From Trueperaceae bacterium (lineage in GTDB: Bacteria > Deinococcota > Deinococci > Deinococcales > Trueperaceae), in the NCBI GenBank assembly GCA_040905465.1, contig JBBDRK010000043.1, positions 38,818 to 102,817 of the forward strand: a DNA stretch of 64,000 nucleotides, read 5' to 3'. Positions 8,636 to 17,370 of the stretch are shown in pieces; the first letter of the stretch is position 1; every line of letters begins with the position of its first letter. The notes below the pieces were generated by a model that worked only from the letters and a program-made list of their open reading frames with translations, did not search any database and had not been told where the DNA came from. The position numbers and the translations under genes were made by a program.

Positions 8636-9602
8636 AACGGATCCGGGGATCGAGATAGGCGTAGGCGAGGTCGGCCAGAAGATTCGACAGCACGATGAGA
8701 GCCGAGGTGAGCATCACTACCGCCATCAGGATCGGGTAGTCGCGCCGCAACGCCGACTGGTAGAAGAGCCGCCCCATTCCTGGCCAGGAGAAGATCGTCT
8801 CCGTGAACAGGGCGCCCGAGAAGATCATCGGCAGGTCCAGGCCGATGAGCGTGACGAGCGGGAGCGAGGCGTTCTTGAGGGCGTGACGGTAGACGACTGC
8901 CCTTTCCGGCAGGCCTTTGGCTCGAGCCGTGCGAACGTAGTCCTGCGACAGTGTCTCGAGCATCGAACCGCGCAGGAAGCGGGTGTACCAGGCTACCCAG
9001 CTTCCGGTGAGCATGGTGACGGGCAGTACCAGGTGCCAGGCGCGATTCACCAGAGAACGCTCGCGATCGATGTCGAACATGCCGGCGGCGGGGAAGAGCG
9101 GTCCTCCCGTGAACGGGTTCGACAGTGCCAGGTAGAAGACCAGGATCAGCAGCAAACCGAACCAGAAGATCGGGATCGACTGGCCCATGAAAGCCAGGGT
9201 GGTGACCACCTGGTCGAAGGTCGAGTACGGGCGTACCGCGCTCAATACCCCCACCGGAATTGCGACGAGCAGCGTCACGGCGAACGCGATTCCCACCAGG
9301 AGCGCGGTATTGGGCAAGCGGTCGATGATCTCCGTCATCACGGGCCGGCCAGTCTGCAGAGAGGTCCCGAAGTCCCCGCGAAGGACGGCGCCGGCCCACC
9401 TTCCGTATTGCACAAGCCAGGGATCGTCGAGGCCTCGCTCGGCCGCCCTGCGGGTGATGTCCTCGGGCCGAATCGTGGGGTCACGTTCCAGTTGCGACAG
9501 CGGATTGCCGGGACTCGCCTGGAGGAGCGCGTACACCAGCAGACTCAGCAGCAACAGCAGCGGCAGTGCCTCGAGGATTCGCCGGGTCAGGTAGCGACCC
9601 AT
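8628..9602 (-). CDS. ABC transporter permease, DppB/OppB type
   Basis: MGRYLTRRILEALPLLLLLSLLVYAL...PGNP N terminus, YVRTARAKGL signature and C-terminal DPRIRYD. Confidence 0.85.
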   Translation of the reverse strand: MGRYLTRRILEALPLLLLLSLLVYALLQASPGNPLSQLERDPTIRPEDITRRAAERGLDDPWLVQYGRWAGAVLRGDFGTSLQTGRPVMTEIIDRLPNTALLVGIAFAVTLLVAIPVGVLSAVRPYSTFDQVVTTLAFMGQSIPIFWFGLLLILVFYLALSNPFTGGPLFPAAGMFDIDRERSLVNRAWHLVLPVTMLTGSWVAWYTRFLRGSMLETLSQDYVRTARAKGLPERAVVYRHALKNASLPLVTLIGLDLPMIFSGALFTETIFSWPGMGRLFYQSALRRDYPILMAVVMLTSALIVLSNLLADLAYAYLDPRIRYD

Positions 9603-9648
9603 TCGCCCCTTGCCTCCGCATCGCCCAAAGGCGCCGTCGCCACAGAGG

Positions 9649-9676
9649 CAGGGGCAGGCCGCGAAGCCTGCCCCTG
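9649..9676 (-). promoter_or_regulatory. Intercistronic stem-loop between binding-protein (pseudo)gene and first permease gene
   Basis: CAGGGGCAGGC (9649-9659) pairs with GCCTGCCCCTG (9666-9676): an 11-bp perfect stem with a 6-nt loop. It lies between the SBP stop (9697) and the permease start (9602). Confidence 0.7.
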
Positions 9677-9696
9677 TGACTGCAGTTTCGGTTCGC

Positions 9697-11363
9697 TTAC
9701 TCCAGCCACCAGTTCTCGATATCCCAGCTGATCCCGGCCCAGGTACTTGGCGTCACGCCCTGGAGGCGGTTGGCGAGCGTGTGACCATCCTGGAACTGGT
9801 AGAGGTAGACCTGCGGAAGCTCCTCGTTCACCAGTTCCGCCACTTCGCAGTACGCTGCCCGGCGCTCGTTGAGCGAAGGCTCGCCGGCAGCCGCGGACAG
9901 CAACTCGTCGGTCCGGTCGTTTGCCCAGCGGCTGTAGTTGCCGCCTGCGCCAGCGTTCTCTTCGCTGGGAATGCGGCTCGAGTGAAGCAGGTCGAACACG
10001 TGGATCTGCGGGTTGATGCCGGCGCCGGTGTCGTAGATGAGGATGTCGAAGTCACCGATCTTGCGCGCCGCGCGGTCCGACCAGCCGCCGAACAGGACGC
10101 TCTGCTCGACATTGCGCACCTCGATGTCGAAGCCGATGTCGGCGAGCAGGTCGGCGATTACCAGCTCGGTCTGCTCCAGCAGGCGGAAGTCGGTGTAGCC
10201 GACCATCTCGAGCCGCAGCGGGGTACCGTCGGGGGCGTACGGCGCACCCACTGCGCACCCACTGCCTCGCGTACGCCGTCGCCGTCGGTGTCCACCCAGC
10301 CGGCCTCATCGAGCAGCGCTCGCGCCCGCTCCGGGTCGAACGCATAACCCTCCGTTCCGCAGTCGTACCAGCCGAGCGCAAACGGGCTGGTGGCACGCTT
10401 CACCCGACCCTCGGCCAATTCTTCGGTGAGGAGGTCGTAGTCGATTCCGTGGGCTATCGCCTGACGGACACGTTGGTCACCGAGGACGGGATGCGGGTCC
10501 TGGCCGGTGGTCGGGTTGCCGCGTTCGCCAAGGTTGAGGAACATGCGCAGTACCCAGATAGAGGGAACCAGTTCGTAGCGGGTCTGCGGCGACTCCTGAA
10601 AGATCTCGCGCTGGGTGGCGCTCGGCCACAGCATCCGCTGTGCGTCTCCCCGGGTCATCATGGCCGCTCTGGTGTCTTCGCTCGGTACCACCTGGAAGAC
10701 CACGCGGTCGAGGTACGCCTCTCCGTGATAGTTCTCGTTTCGCGTCAGGACGATCCTGTCGCCGGTGCTCCAGCTCTGCAAGGCGAACGGTCCCGTACCC
10801 ACGGGCTCGCGATTGAATTCCCAGTTGGCGATCTCTTCCGGTGCGCCGGCGGCGTGCCTAGGCAGGATTCCCCATTGGAACTGGTCGAAATAGGATGAGT
10901 CGAACTCGGAGTAGCGCACCTGCACCGTCGTATCGTCGATGGCCTCGACCGAGACCACTCGCTCGAAAGCTCCGGAGCGGACGGATCCCGTGGCGGTGGC
11001 CGACTCGTAGGTGAAGACCACGTCGTCGGCGGTCACCGGTTCGCCATCCGACCAAAGCAGGCCGTCGCGAAGCCGCCAGGTAATAAGCAGGCCCTCCTCG
11101 CCTATGCCGCCGTTGTCGCGAGTCGGAATCTCGGAAACCAGCACCGGTTGGTACTGACCGTCGGCGTCTACCTCCACCAGCGGTTCGATGATGGCCGGCG
11201 TGACCTGAAGCGCGATGAAGGCGGTCGACACGTAAGGGTTCAGCGTCGGCAGATCCTCAGGCAGCAGCACCGTGGCGGTGCCGCCCTATTGCTGGGCCAG
11301 CGATGTGCCGGTGAAGGCGATAGTCGAAGCGACGAGGGCGAGACGTACGGCTAAACGACGCAT
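9697..11363 (-). pseudogene. ABC substrate-binding protein, family 5 (peptide/nickel type), disrupted by a nonsense codon and an 11-bp duplication
   Basis: The minus strand from ATG 11363 reads MRRLAVRLALVASTIAFTGTSLAQQ and then TAG (plus 11286-11288). The same frame continues open as GGTATVLLPEDLPTLNPY... The frame breaks again at 10242-10265. Removing one 11-nt copy joins ...DGVREAVGA to PYAPDGTPLRLEMVGY... of the track ORF 9697-10251. Confidence 0.85.
10242..10265 (-). repeat. 11-bp tandem duplication causing a frameshift
   Basis: Plus-strand GCGCACCCACT occurs at 10242-10252 and 10253-10263, followed by GC. The unit length is not a multiple of 3. Confidence 0.95.
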
Positions 11364-11376
11364 ATGTTCCCCTTCC

Positions 11377-12444
11377 CTAAACCGGGTCGCACGAAACCTC
11401 GATCCTTGATTCCGAAGCGTTCAGCCGGGAAACCCGACATCTTGTTGGAGTATCGGCGAACACGGCGCTCTCTCCTTTCGCCAACGAGCTGGAGAAGTGC
11501 TCTTCGAGGTGCGAGCTGATTTCGTAGCGAAAGGCCCAGTCCTTCAAGCGGTCTCGCAATCCGGGTGCCCCATCCTCCTGCGCCCAACTGGGCAGGACTG
11601 TCGTCAGATGAGTGCACTTGGCGGGATAGAGATACGACTCGAACGTGATGTCGTCCCCGTCTGCCAGCATCGCTTCGCTAAGATCATCGACAACCTCATG
11701 GGATACGTGAACAGGTATCTCCGCCCGCCGTGAAACTTCCAAGGTTTCCCGCCAGGCCCCCTCGCGACCTAAGCGGTTGTAACGGATGTGGGCGGCATAG
11801 ATCCCGCCCATCTCCCTGGTCGTTTTCGCCAGTTCGATGAGCTCATCGGTGGTGGCGAACGCGCTCGGCTGGTAGTCGAGGCCGAGACACAGGGAGACGG
11901 CGCCAGCATCCATCCATTGAGCGACCAGTTCCTTCATACGTTCGAGCTCGGAAGATGTCGGGCCGCGATTGTCCCAACCCACGGTCGCGGTACGCAGGGC
12001 GCAGTGCGGAACCTGAGGAACCAGATTGCCCGGGATTCCGCGGTCGAAGAGGCTCAGGTAGCTCTCTACGGTAGGGAACTCGGACCGGGGCTGTCGCATG
12101 CCGACGGAGAAGTACAGCGTGTCCCACAGGGCGGCTGCGTCGGCACTGCCGAGTGGAGCCCAACCGAATCCGTCCGGGGCCATTAGTTGCGTTGTCACTC
12201 CTTGCAGCAAGCCGGCGTGGCGGTGCTTGCCGCCCAACAGGGCGATCTCGGAATGTACATGCACATCGATGAACCCGGGAGCTATGGTCAGGCCCGAGGC
12301 GTCGATCACTCTTGCGGCCGCGGCGTTCGCCAGATCCCCTACCGCCTGTATACGGCCACCGTTGATGCCCACATCGGCCCTTTCGGGGCGGTCGTGCCGT
12401 TCACCGCCGACTACCTCGCCACCTTGAATGAGAACGTCGAACAT
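11377..12444 (-). CDS. Amidohydrolase, N-acyl-D-amino-acid deacylase (D-aminoacylase) family; probably truncated or degenerate
   Basis: N terminus MFDVLIQGGEVVGG....ADVGINGGRIQAVGDL....VIDASGLTIAPGFIDVHVHSE (HxH metal site). At 355 aa it is shorter than the roughly 480 aa I recall for characterised members. The family's late motif (KMSGFPAERFGIKDRGFVRPG) appears only in a different frame (track ORF 11351-11617). Confidence 0.6.
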   Translation of the reverse strand: MFDVLIQGGEVVGGERHDRPERADVGINGGRIQAVGDLANAAAARVIDASGLTIAPGFIDVHVHSEIALLGGKHRHAGLLQGVTTQLMAPDGFGWAPLGSADAAALWDTLYFSVGMRQPRSEFPTVESYLSLFDRGIPGNLVPQVPHCALRTATVGWDNRGPTSSELERMKELVAQWMDAGAVSLCLGLDYQPSAFATTDELIELAKTTREMGGIYAAHIRYNRLGREGAWRETLEVSRRAEIPVHVSHEVVDDLSEAMLADGDDITFESYLYPAKCTHLTTVLPSWAQEDGAPGLRDRLKDWAFRYEISSHLEEHFSSSLAKGESAVFADTPTRCRVSRLNASESRIEVSCDPV

Positions 12445-12549
12445 CAGGTTATCTCCGGTCGACCTCGGCGAAGTGGGCCCGCATGGCGTGCCGGCCGCAC
12501 CCTCACCCCAAACAGCTTGCGTCCGCCCAGCCAGGTACTGCCTGTTCCC

Positions 12550-13230
12550 CTACCGCCGCTCGCGCGGCTCGCCACCGGCCGCGATCGCCGACATCAGTAT
12601 GGAGGCGCGCTCCCCGACATTTCCCCGACGGAACAGGGCGCTTCCCGTCACGAAAACCTCGGCACCGCTCTCTGCCAGCTCCGCTATGTTGCTTTCGTCG
12701 ACGCCGCCGTCAACCGAGATCAGGAACTCGGCACCTCGGGCTCGCCTCATCTCGGCGGCTCGTCTGACCTTCGACACGGCATTGGGGATGAAGGATGCGC
12801 CGCCGTAGCCAGGATTGACGCTCATTATGAGCAGGACGTCGATTGCCTCGACCAATTCCGCTATCGCTTCTACCGGTGTAGCGGGATTGATCGCGAGTCC
12901 GGCCTTCCGGCCCGCCTGACGGATTTTGGTCAAGTGCCTATGGTGGTGTTGGCCGGCCTCCATATGGATGGTCACCCAGTCCGCACCAGCGTCGATGTAG
13001 GTGTCGATGTAGTATTGCGGCTCCGTCAGCATCAGATGGACGTCGAACACGGCGTTTGTGAGGGGTCGGAGCGCTGCTGCCGTGTCGGGCCCAAAGGCGA
13101 TGTTGGGGACGAAGTGTCCGTCCATTGCATCTATGTGGAAGTGGTCGATGCCTTCATCGAGTGCGGCACGGAGATCCCGTTCGAGATTGAGCGGATCGGC
13201 GCCCAGCAGCGACGCAGCCAAACGCTTCAA
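12550..13230 (-). CDS. Ribulose-phosphate 3-epimerase family protein (canonical motifs)
   Basis: Motifs HFHIDAMDGHFVPNIAFGPD, DVHLM, IMSVNPGYGGASF, SVDGGV and VTGSALF. TTG start at 13230 with GGAG 4 nt upstream. Confidence 0.85.
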   Translation of the reverse strand: MKRLAASLLGADPLNLERDLRAALDEGIDHFHIDAMDGHFVPNIAFGPDTAAALRPLTNAVFDVHLMLTEPQYYIDTYIDAGADWVTIHMEAGQHHHRHLTKIRQAGRKAGLAINPATPVEAIAELVEAIDVLLIMSVNPGYGGASFIPNAVSKVRRAAEMRRARGAEFLISVDGGVDESNIAELAESGAEVFVTGSALFRRGNVGERASILMSAIAAGGEPRERR

Positions 13231-13961
13231 GGTCTCCGCCGGCCTTCCGTGCCAAGTCGGTCGCGCCGCCGTTCAACCGTGCCGTGCCGGCCGGAGTTCA
13301 GGCGAAACGAGCAAGTTCGTACGCTTGCGATCATGAACTGTGCACCTCCTCGCCTTTGCCCTCGAGTCACACAATCCCCTATTCGGAGAGAGCGGACCGC
13401 TGTCCCAGTCGCAGTGTACACTTCTCCGCTCGCCGCCCTCGAACCGGCATCCCCTCAAGGGTCGGCGGCCGAGGGGCGAGGCGGCCTGTTGCACCTGCCA
13501 GGGCCCACGAGTTGATTGCGTCGACTTCGGCATGCTCGGATGTGATCATCTGTGCACAGGCGAACCGACGCGGTTTCTTCCGGTGGAGTTGTGGGCCAAC
13601 ATGAACTTTCGTTACGTCACTCGTATCCCGCACCGTTCGACCGAGTGTTGTGGATTTGCATTGGCTGGCGTGCAGGACAGGAACAACCTGCGTCACGTGC
13701 CTCTCGCCGAACCGTTCGGACGGTGGCAGGCCAGCTCCCCCAAGGCAGCCACGGTGGCTGTTTCGAGCGTTCCTCGGCGCCTCCGAGGGCGAAGGGCATC
13801 TGTGGACAAATATGGCCACAGTCTGATAGGCTTTGAGCACTCAGCAGGATGTTTCTAGTTGGCCCGGACACCGCGGTAAGTCCGATTCAGGTCCAGAGGA
13901 GGGGACGACTACACCGGTAGAGAGATGCTGAGGACGCTTCGCTCAGGATAGAGGAGGAGTC

Positions 13962-15461
13962 GTGAAGAGAACCTTATTTATCGTGCTCGTGTGCCTTGTG
14001 CTGGTGCCTTCGTTCGCGTTCGCACAGAAGACGCTGAGATTCGGCATCCCGGTCGACCCGATCAATCTCGATCCGGCCCAGATGAGTCACATGGTCGCCC
14101 ACCGCTTCGTAGCCTTCATGTACCCGAGCCTGTTGCAGTACGACAACGAACTGGCCCTGATACCCGACCTCGCCGAGAGCTTCCAGATCATAGACGACAC
14201 TACGTATGAGTTCACGCTTCGCGACGGGATCACGTTCCACCACGGTGAAGAGATAACGTCGGAACACGTCAAGTTCTCGATCGAAAGGCTTCTGGACCCT
14301 GCCGTTCCCTCACCTGAAGCCTTCGAGCTTGCACCGATCACCGAAGTCGAGATTATCGATGATCGCACCTTCCGGCTGGTCACCGAGGAGCCGTTTGCCC
14401 CGATTCTTCACGGGATCGCCTTCGGCCTGGGCATTCACTCGCCGGAAACGGTCGAGCAGTTCGGTGACTTGCGGTTTCAGGGCTCCGGTACCGGACCCTT
14501 CCAGCTCGTCGAGTACCGGGCGGATGAGATCGTGATCTTCGAGAGATACGAAGGCTACGACGGACCGCAGCCGGCGCTCGATCGCATCGAGTTCCACGTC
14601 ATAGCCGACGATGTCGCGCGTTCGACCGCACTGACCGCCGGCGACCTCGACGCCGCACGATTCCTGTCGACGCGGGCTGTCCTGCCGCTGCGCGGCGTAC
14701 AGGGACTGACGGTGAACTACACGGGTCAGCCCTCTATCAGCCACTTCCATCTGAACACGCGCCGCGAGCCGTTCGATGACCAGCGTGTCCGGCTGGCGAT
14801 GAGCTGCGCATTGGATCGGCAGGCTATCGCCGATATCATCTTCAGCGGCGATGCCGAACCGACCGGTCCGATTCCTCCCTCGATGGGTGCCTGGGCGCTT
14901 CCGGTCGAGGAGTTCGAATGCTACACCCAGGACCTGGATCGCTCGCGTGAACTCCTGGCGGAGGCAGGTTATCCGGACGGCTTCTCCAGCACCATGATCG
15001 GCAGAGCCGACAACAGCACCGACATCGATCAGTTGCAGATGATGGCCGAGCAGTTCGCGCAGGTCGGAATCGACATGGAGATCCGTCAGATCGAGTGGGG
15101 CGAGATGCTCGACCTCTGGATAACCCAGAAGAACTTCGACACTCTGCTGATCGGTTCCTCTACCGGTCGCGATCCGGACGCCAACTTCTTCCGGCGATTC
15201 CACTCCGAGTCGGACAGGAACACCGTCGGCTACGAGAACCCGGAAGTCGACGAGCTGATGGAACGGGGCCGCACCACGATCGACTTTGATGAGCGCTACG
15301 AGATCTACGCCGAGCTCCAGCGCATCATCACCACCGATTCACCCAAGATCTTCACCGTCCAGCTTCCCCTCTACGACGTGTTCTGGGACCATGTCGAAAA
15401 TTGGGAGACTCATCCCATGGGCATGTACTACTTCCTCGACGAGGTAGACCTCCAAGAGTAG
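13962..15461 (+). CDS. ABC substrate-binding protein, family 5 (peptide/nickel type)
   Basis: GTG 13962 follows GGAGGAGG. Signal peptide MKRTLFIVLVCLVLVPSFAFAQ. Family-5-like LRFGIPVDPINLDP..., YEFTLRDGITFHHGEEITSEHVKFSIERLLDP. Confidence 0.85.
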   Translation: MKRTLFIVLVCLVLVPSFAFAQKTLRFGIPVDPINLDPAQMSHMVAHRFVAFMYPSLLQYDNELALIPDLAESFQIIDDTTYEFTLRDGITFHHGEEITSEHVKFSIERLLDPAVPSPEAFELAPITEVEIIDDRTFRLVTEEPFAPILHGIAFGLGIHSPETVEQFGDLRFQGSGTGPFQLVEYRADEIVIFERYEGYDGPQPALDRIEFHVIADDVARSTALTAGDLDAARFLSTRAVLPLRGVQGLTVNYTGQPSISHFHLNTRREPFDDQRVRLAMSCALDRQAIADIIFSGDAEPTGPIPPSMGAWALPVEEFECYTQDLDRSRELLAEAGYPDGFSSTMIGRADNSTDIDQLQMMAEQFAQVGIDMEIRQIEWGEMLDLWITQKNFDTLLIGSSTGRDPDANFFRRFHSESDRNTVGYENPEVDELMERGRTTIDFDERYEIYAELQRIITTDSPKIFTVQLPLYDVFWDHVENWETHPMGMYYFLDEVDLQE

Positions 15462-15469
15462 GGGCTGTT

Positions 15470-15507
15470 GCGTCTGGCGCCGGCCGATCTGAACCGGTGC
15501 CAGACGC
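15470..15507 (+). promoter_or_regulatory. Intercistronic stem-loop after the binding-protein gene
   Basis: GCGTCTGGCGCCGG (15470-15483) pairs with CCGGTGCCAGACGC (15494-15507): 14 bp with one mismatch and a 10-nt loop. It sits between the SBP stop (15461) and the permease ATG (15526). Confidence 0.7.
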
Positions 15508-15525
15508 ACCTTCATATCTTCAGTC

Positions 15526-16479
15526 ATGTTGATCTATACGGCCCGTCGGTTCCTGCAACTCACCCCGTTGCTCCTCGGAGTCATCCTTGTCGTGATGCTT
15601 CTGCCACGGCTGATTCCTGGCGACGTGGTAACGATCATGCTTGGCACCGAGTCCGTGATATCGCCGGAACGGGCTGCCGAGATGCGAACTCTGCTCGGCC
15701 TCGATCGGAGTTTGCCACAGCAGTACTGGGACTATCTCACCGATCTGGCCCAGGGCGATCTGGGGAGGTCTCTAAGAACCGGGCGTCCGCTCGGTCCGGT
15801 GATCGCAGACCGGTTTCTTCTCAGCGCCAATGTGGCTCTGTTGGCGCTCGCGATGGCCATCATCGTCGGAATTCCACTGGGTGTTCTCGGCGCCCGCCAC
15901 CGGAGGTCGCGCTTCAGCGTGTTGCTGCAGACCTTCAATCTCCTGGGGTTATCGCTACCTACCTTCTGGACCGGAACGATTCTCCTGCTCGTCGCTACCT
16001 TCTATTTCGACGACGTCTTTCCGACGATCGGATCGGCCGGTGCCGGTGCACCGTGGTACGAACACCTGCGCTATGCGTTCCTGCCGAGCCTCACTCTGGC
16101 GATCCCCGTTGCCGCGGTGCTGGCTCGAATCACCCAGTCGGCAATGATCGAGGTGCTGGCACAGGACTACATTACGGTTGCACGCGCCAAAGGCGTTGCT
16201 GAGCGGCTGGTTTTCTACAAGCATGCGTTGAGGAACTCCTTGATCCCGGTCGTCACCGAGCTGGGCTTGCAGGCAGGACTCATTCTCGGCGGGGTCGTGA
16301 CGATCGAATTGGTCTTCTCTTACCCCGGGATCGGATTACTGGTGCTGACCGCCATCGGTCAACGCGACTATCCGATCCTCCAGTCCGTTCTCCTGATCGT
16401 GAGCTTCCTGTTCTTCGTCATAAACTTCCTGGTCGATCTCTCCTACGCCTTGCTCAATCCGCGGATCACCTACTCGTGA
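15526..16479 (+). CDS. ABC transporter permease, DppB/OppB type
   Basis: MLIYTARRFLQLTPLLLGVILVVML...PGD, YITVARAKGV signature and C-terminal NPRITYS. Confidence 0.85.
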   Translation: MLIYTARRFLQLTPLLLGVILVVMLLPRLIPGDVVTIMLGTESVISPERAAEMRTLLGLDRSLPQQYWDYLTDLAQGDLGRSLRTGRPLGPVIADRFLLSANVALLALAMAIIVGIPLGVLGARHRRSRFSVLLQTFNLLGLSLPTFWTGTILLLVATFYFDDVFPTIGSAGAGAPWYEHLRYAFLPSLTLAIPVAAVLARITQSAMIEVLAQDYITVARAKGVAERLVFYKHALRNSLIPVVTELGLQAGLILGGVVTIELVFSYPGIGLLVLTAIGQRDYPILQSVLLIVSFLFFVINFLVDLSYALLNPRITYS

Positions 16480-17327
16480 CCCACAGACGCTGGCGACTCA
16501 TGACCAAGCCCTTCAGGCAGAGCGCCGAGCTGTCTATCGGCACGTTCATGCTCGTAGGGCTTGCCGCGCTGTTCCTGGTAGGCCCGTCTCTGGCACCCTA
16601 TCCGCCATCGCGCATGGGCGTGGGACCTCCGTTCGCGCCGGCGTTCGAGAGTGGACACCTGTTGGGCACCGACGAGCTCGGGAGGGACGTCCTGTCGCGG
16701 GTCGTGCACGGCACGCGCTACTCGCTCCTGGTCACCCTCGCGTCGGCGGTCCTCGCCACGGTGGTAGGCGGCTTCCTCGGGATGCTCTCAGGGTACTACT
16801 CGGGTTGGCTGGACATCGGGGTCATGCGCCTGGCAGACCTGCTGCTGTCGTTCCCCGGGCTCCTGTTGGCGATCGTGATCGTAGCCATAATGGGACCCGG
16901 CATCACCAACACCGCGATCGTGATCGGCGCAGTGTACGCTCCTCGCGTCGCCCGCATCAGCCGTGGTGCCGTGTTGGCGGCGAAGGAGAATGACTACGTT
17001 ACCGCCGCCACCGCCCTCGGCGTGCGCTCGCTGAGGGTCCTCATGCGGCACATCCTTCCCAACATCCTGCCCACGGTCGCAATCTATATGAGCCTGCTCC
17101 TTGCATACGGGCTCCTCTTCGAAGCCTCGCTGTCGTTCCTGGGCCTGGGCGTGCAGCCGCCGTTGCCTTCATGGGGCGGCATGCTGCGCTCTGCCCGCAC
17201 GTTCATCCAGATCGCCCCCGGCCTTTCGATCTGGCCCGGTTTGGCGATTCTGTATGCGGTGCTGACCTTTTTCTTCCTTTCCGAAGGCCTTCGTGCCGTT
17301 CTGGACCCGAGGCTTCGCGATCGGTGA
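16476..17327 (+). CDS. ABC transporter permease, DppC/OppC type
   Basis: GTG 16476 overlaps the upstream TGA (GTGA); the alternative start is ATG 16500. HLLGTDELGRDVLSRVVHGTRYSL block and multiple TM segments. Confidence 0.85.
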   Translation: MTHRRWRLMTKPFRQSAELSIGTFMLVGLAALFLVGPSLAPYPPSRMGVGPPFAPAFESGHLLGTDELGRDVLSRVVHGTRYSLLVTLASAVLATVVGGFLGMLSGYYSGWLDIGVMRLADLLLSFPGLLLAIVIVAIMGPGITNTAIVIGAVYAPRVARISRGAVLAAKENDYVTAATALGVRSLRVLMRHILPNILPTVAIYMSLLLAYGLLFEASLSFLGLGVQPPLPSWGGMLRSARTFIQIAPGLSIWPGLAILYAVLTFFFLSEGLRAVLDPRLRDR

Positions 17328-17370
17328 GAGCGACTCGGTCTACTCGTAACCCTGAACCGGAGGAGTCCGA

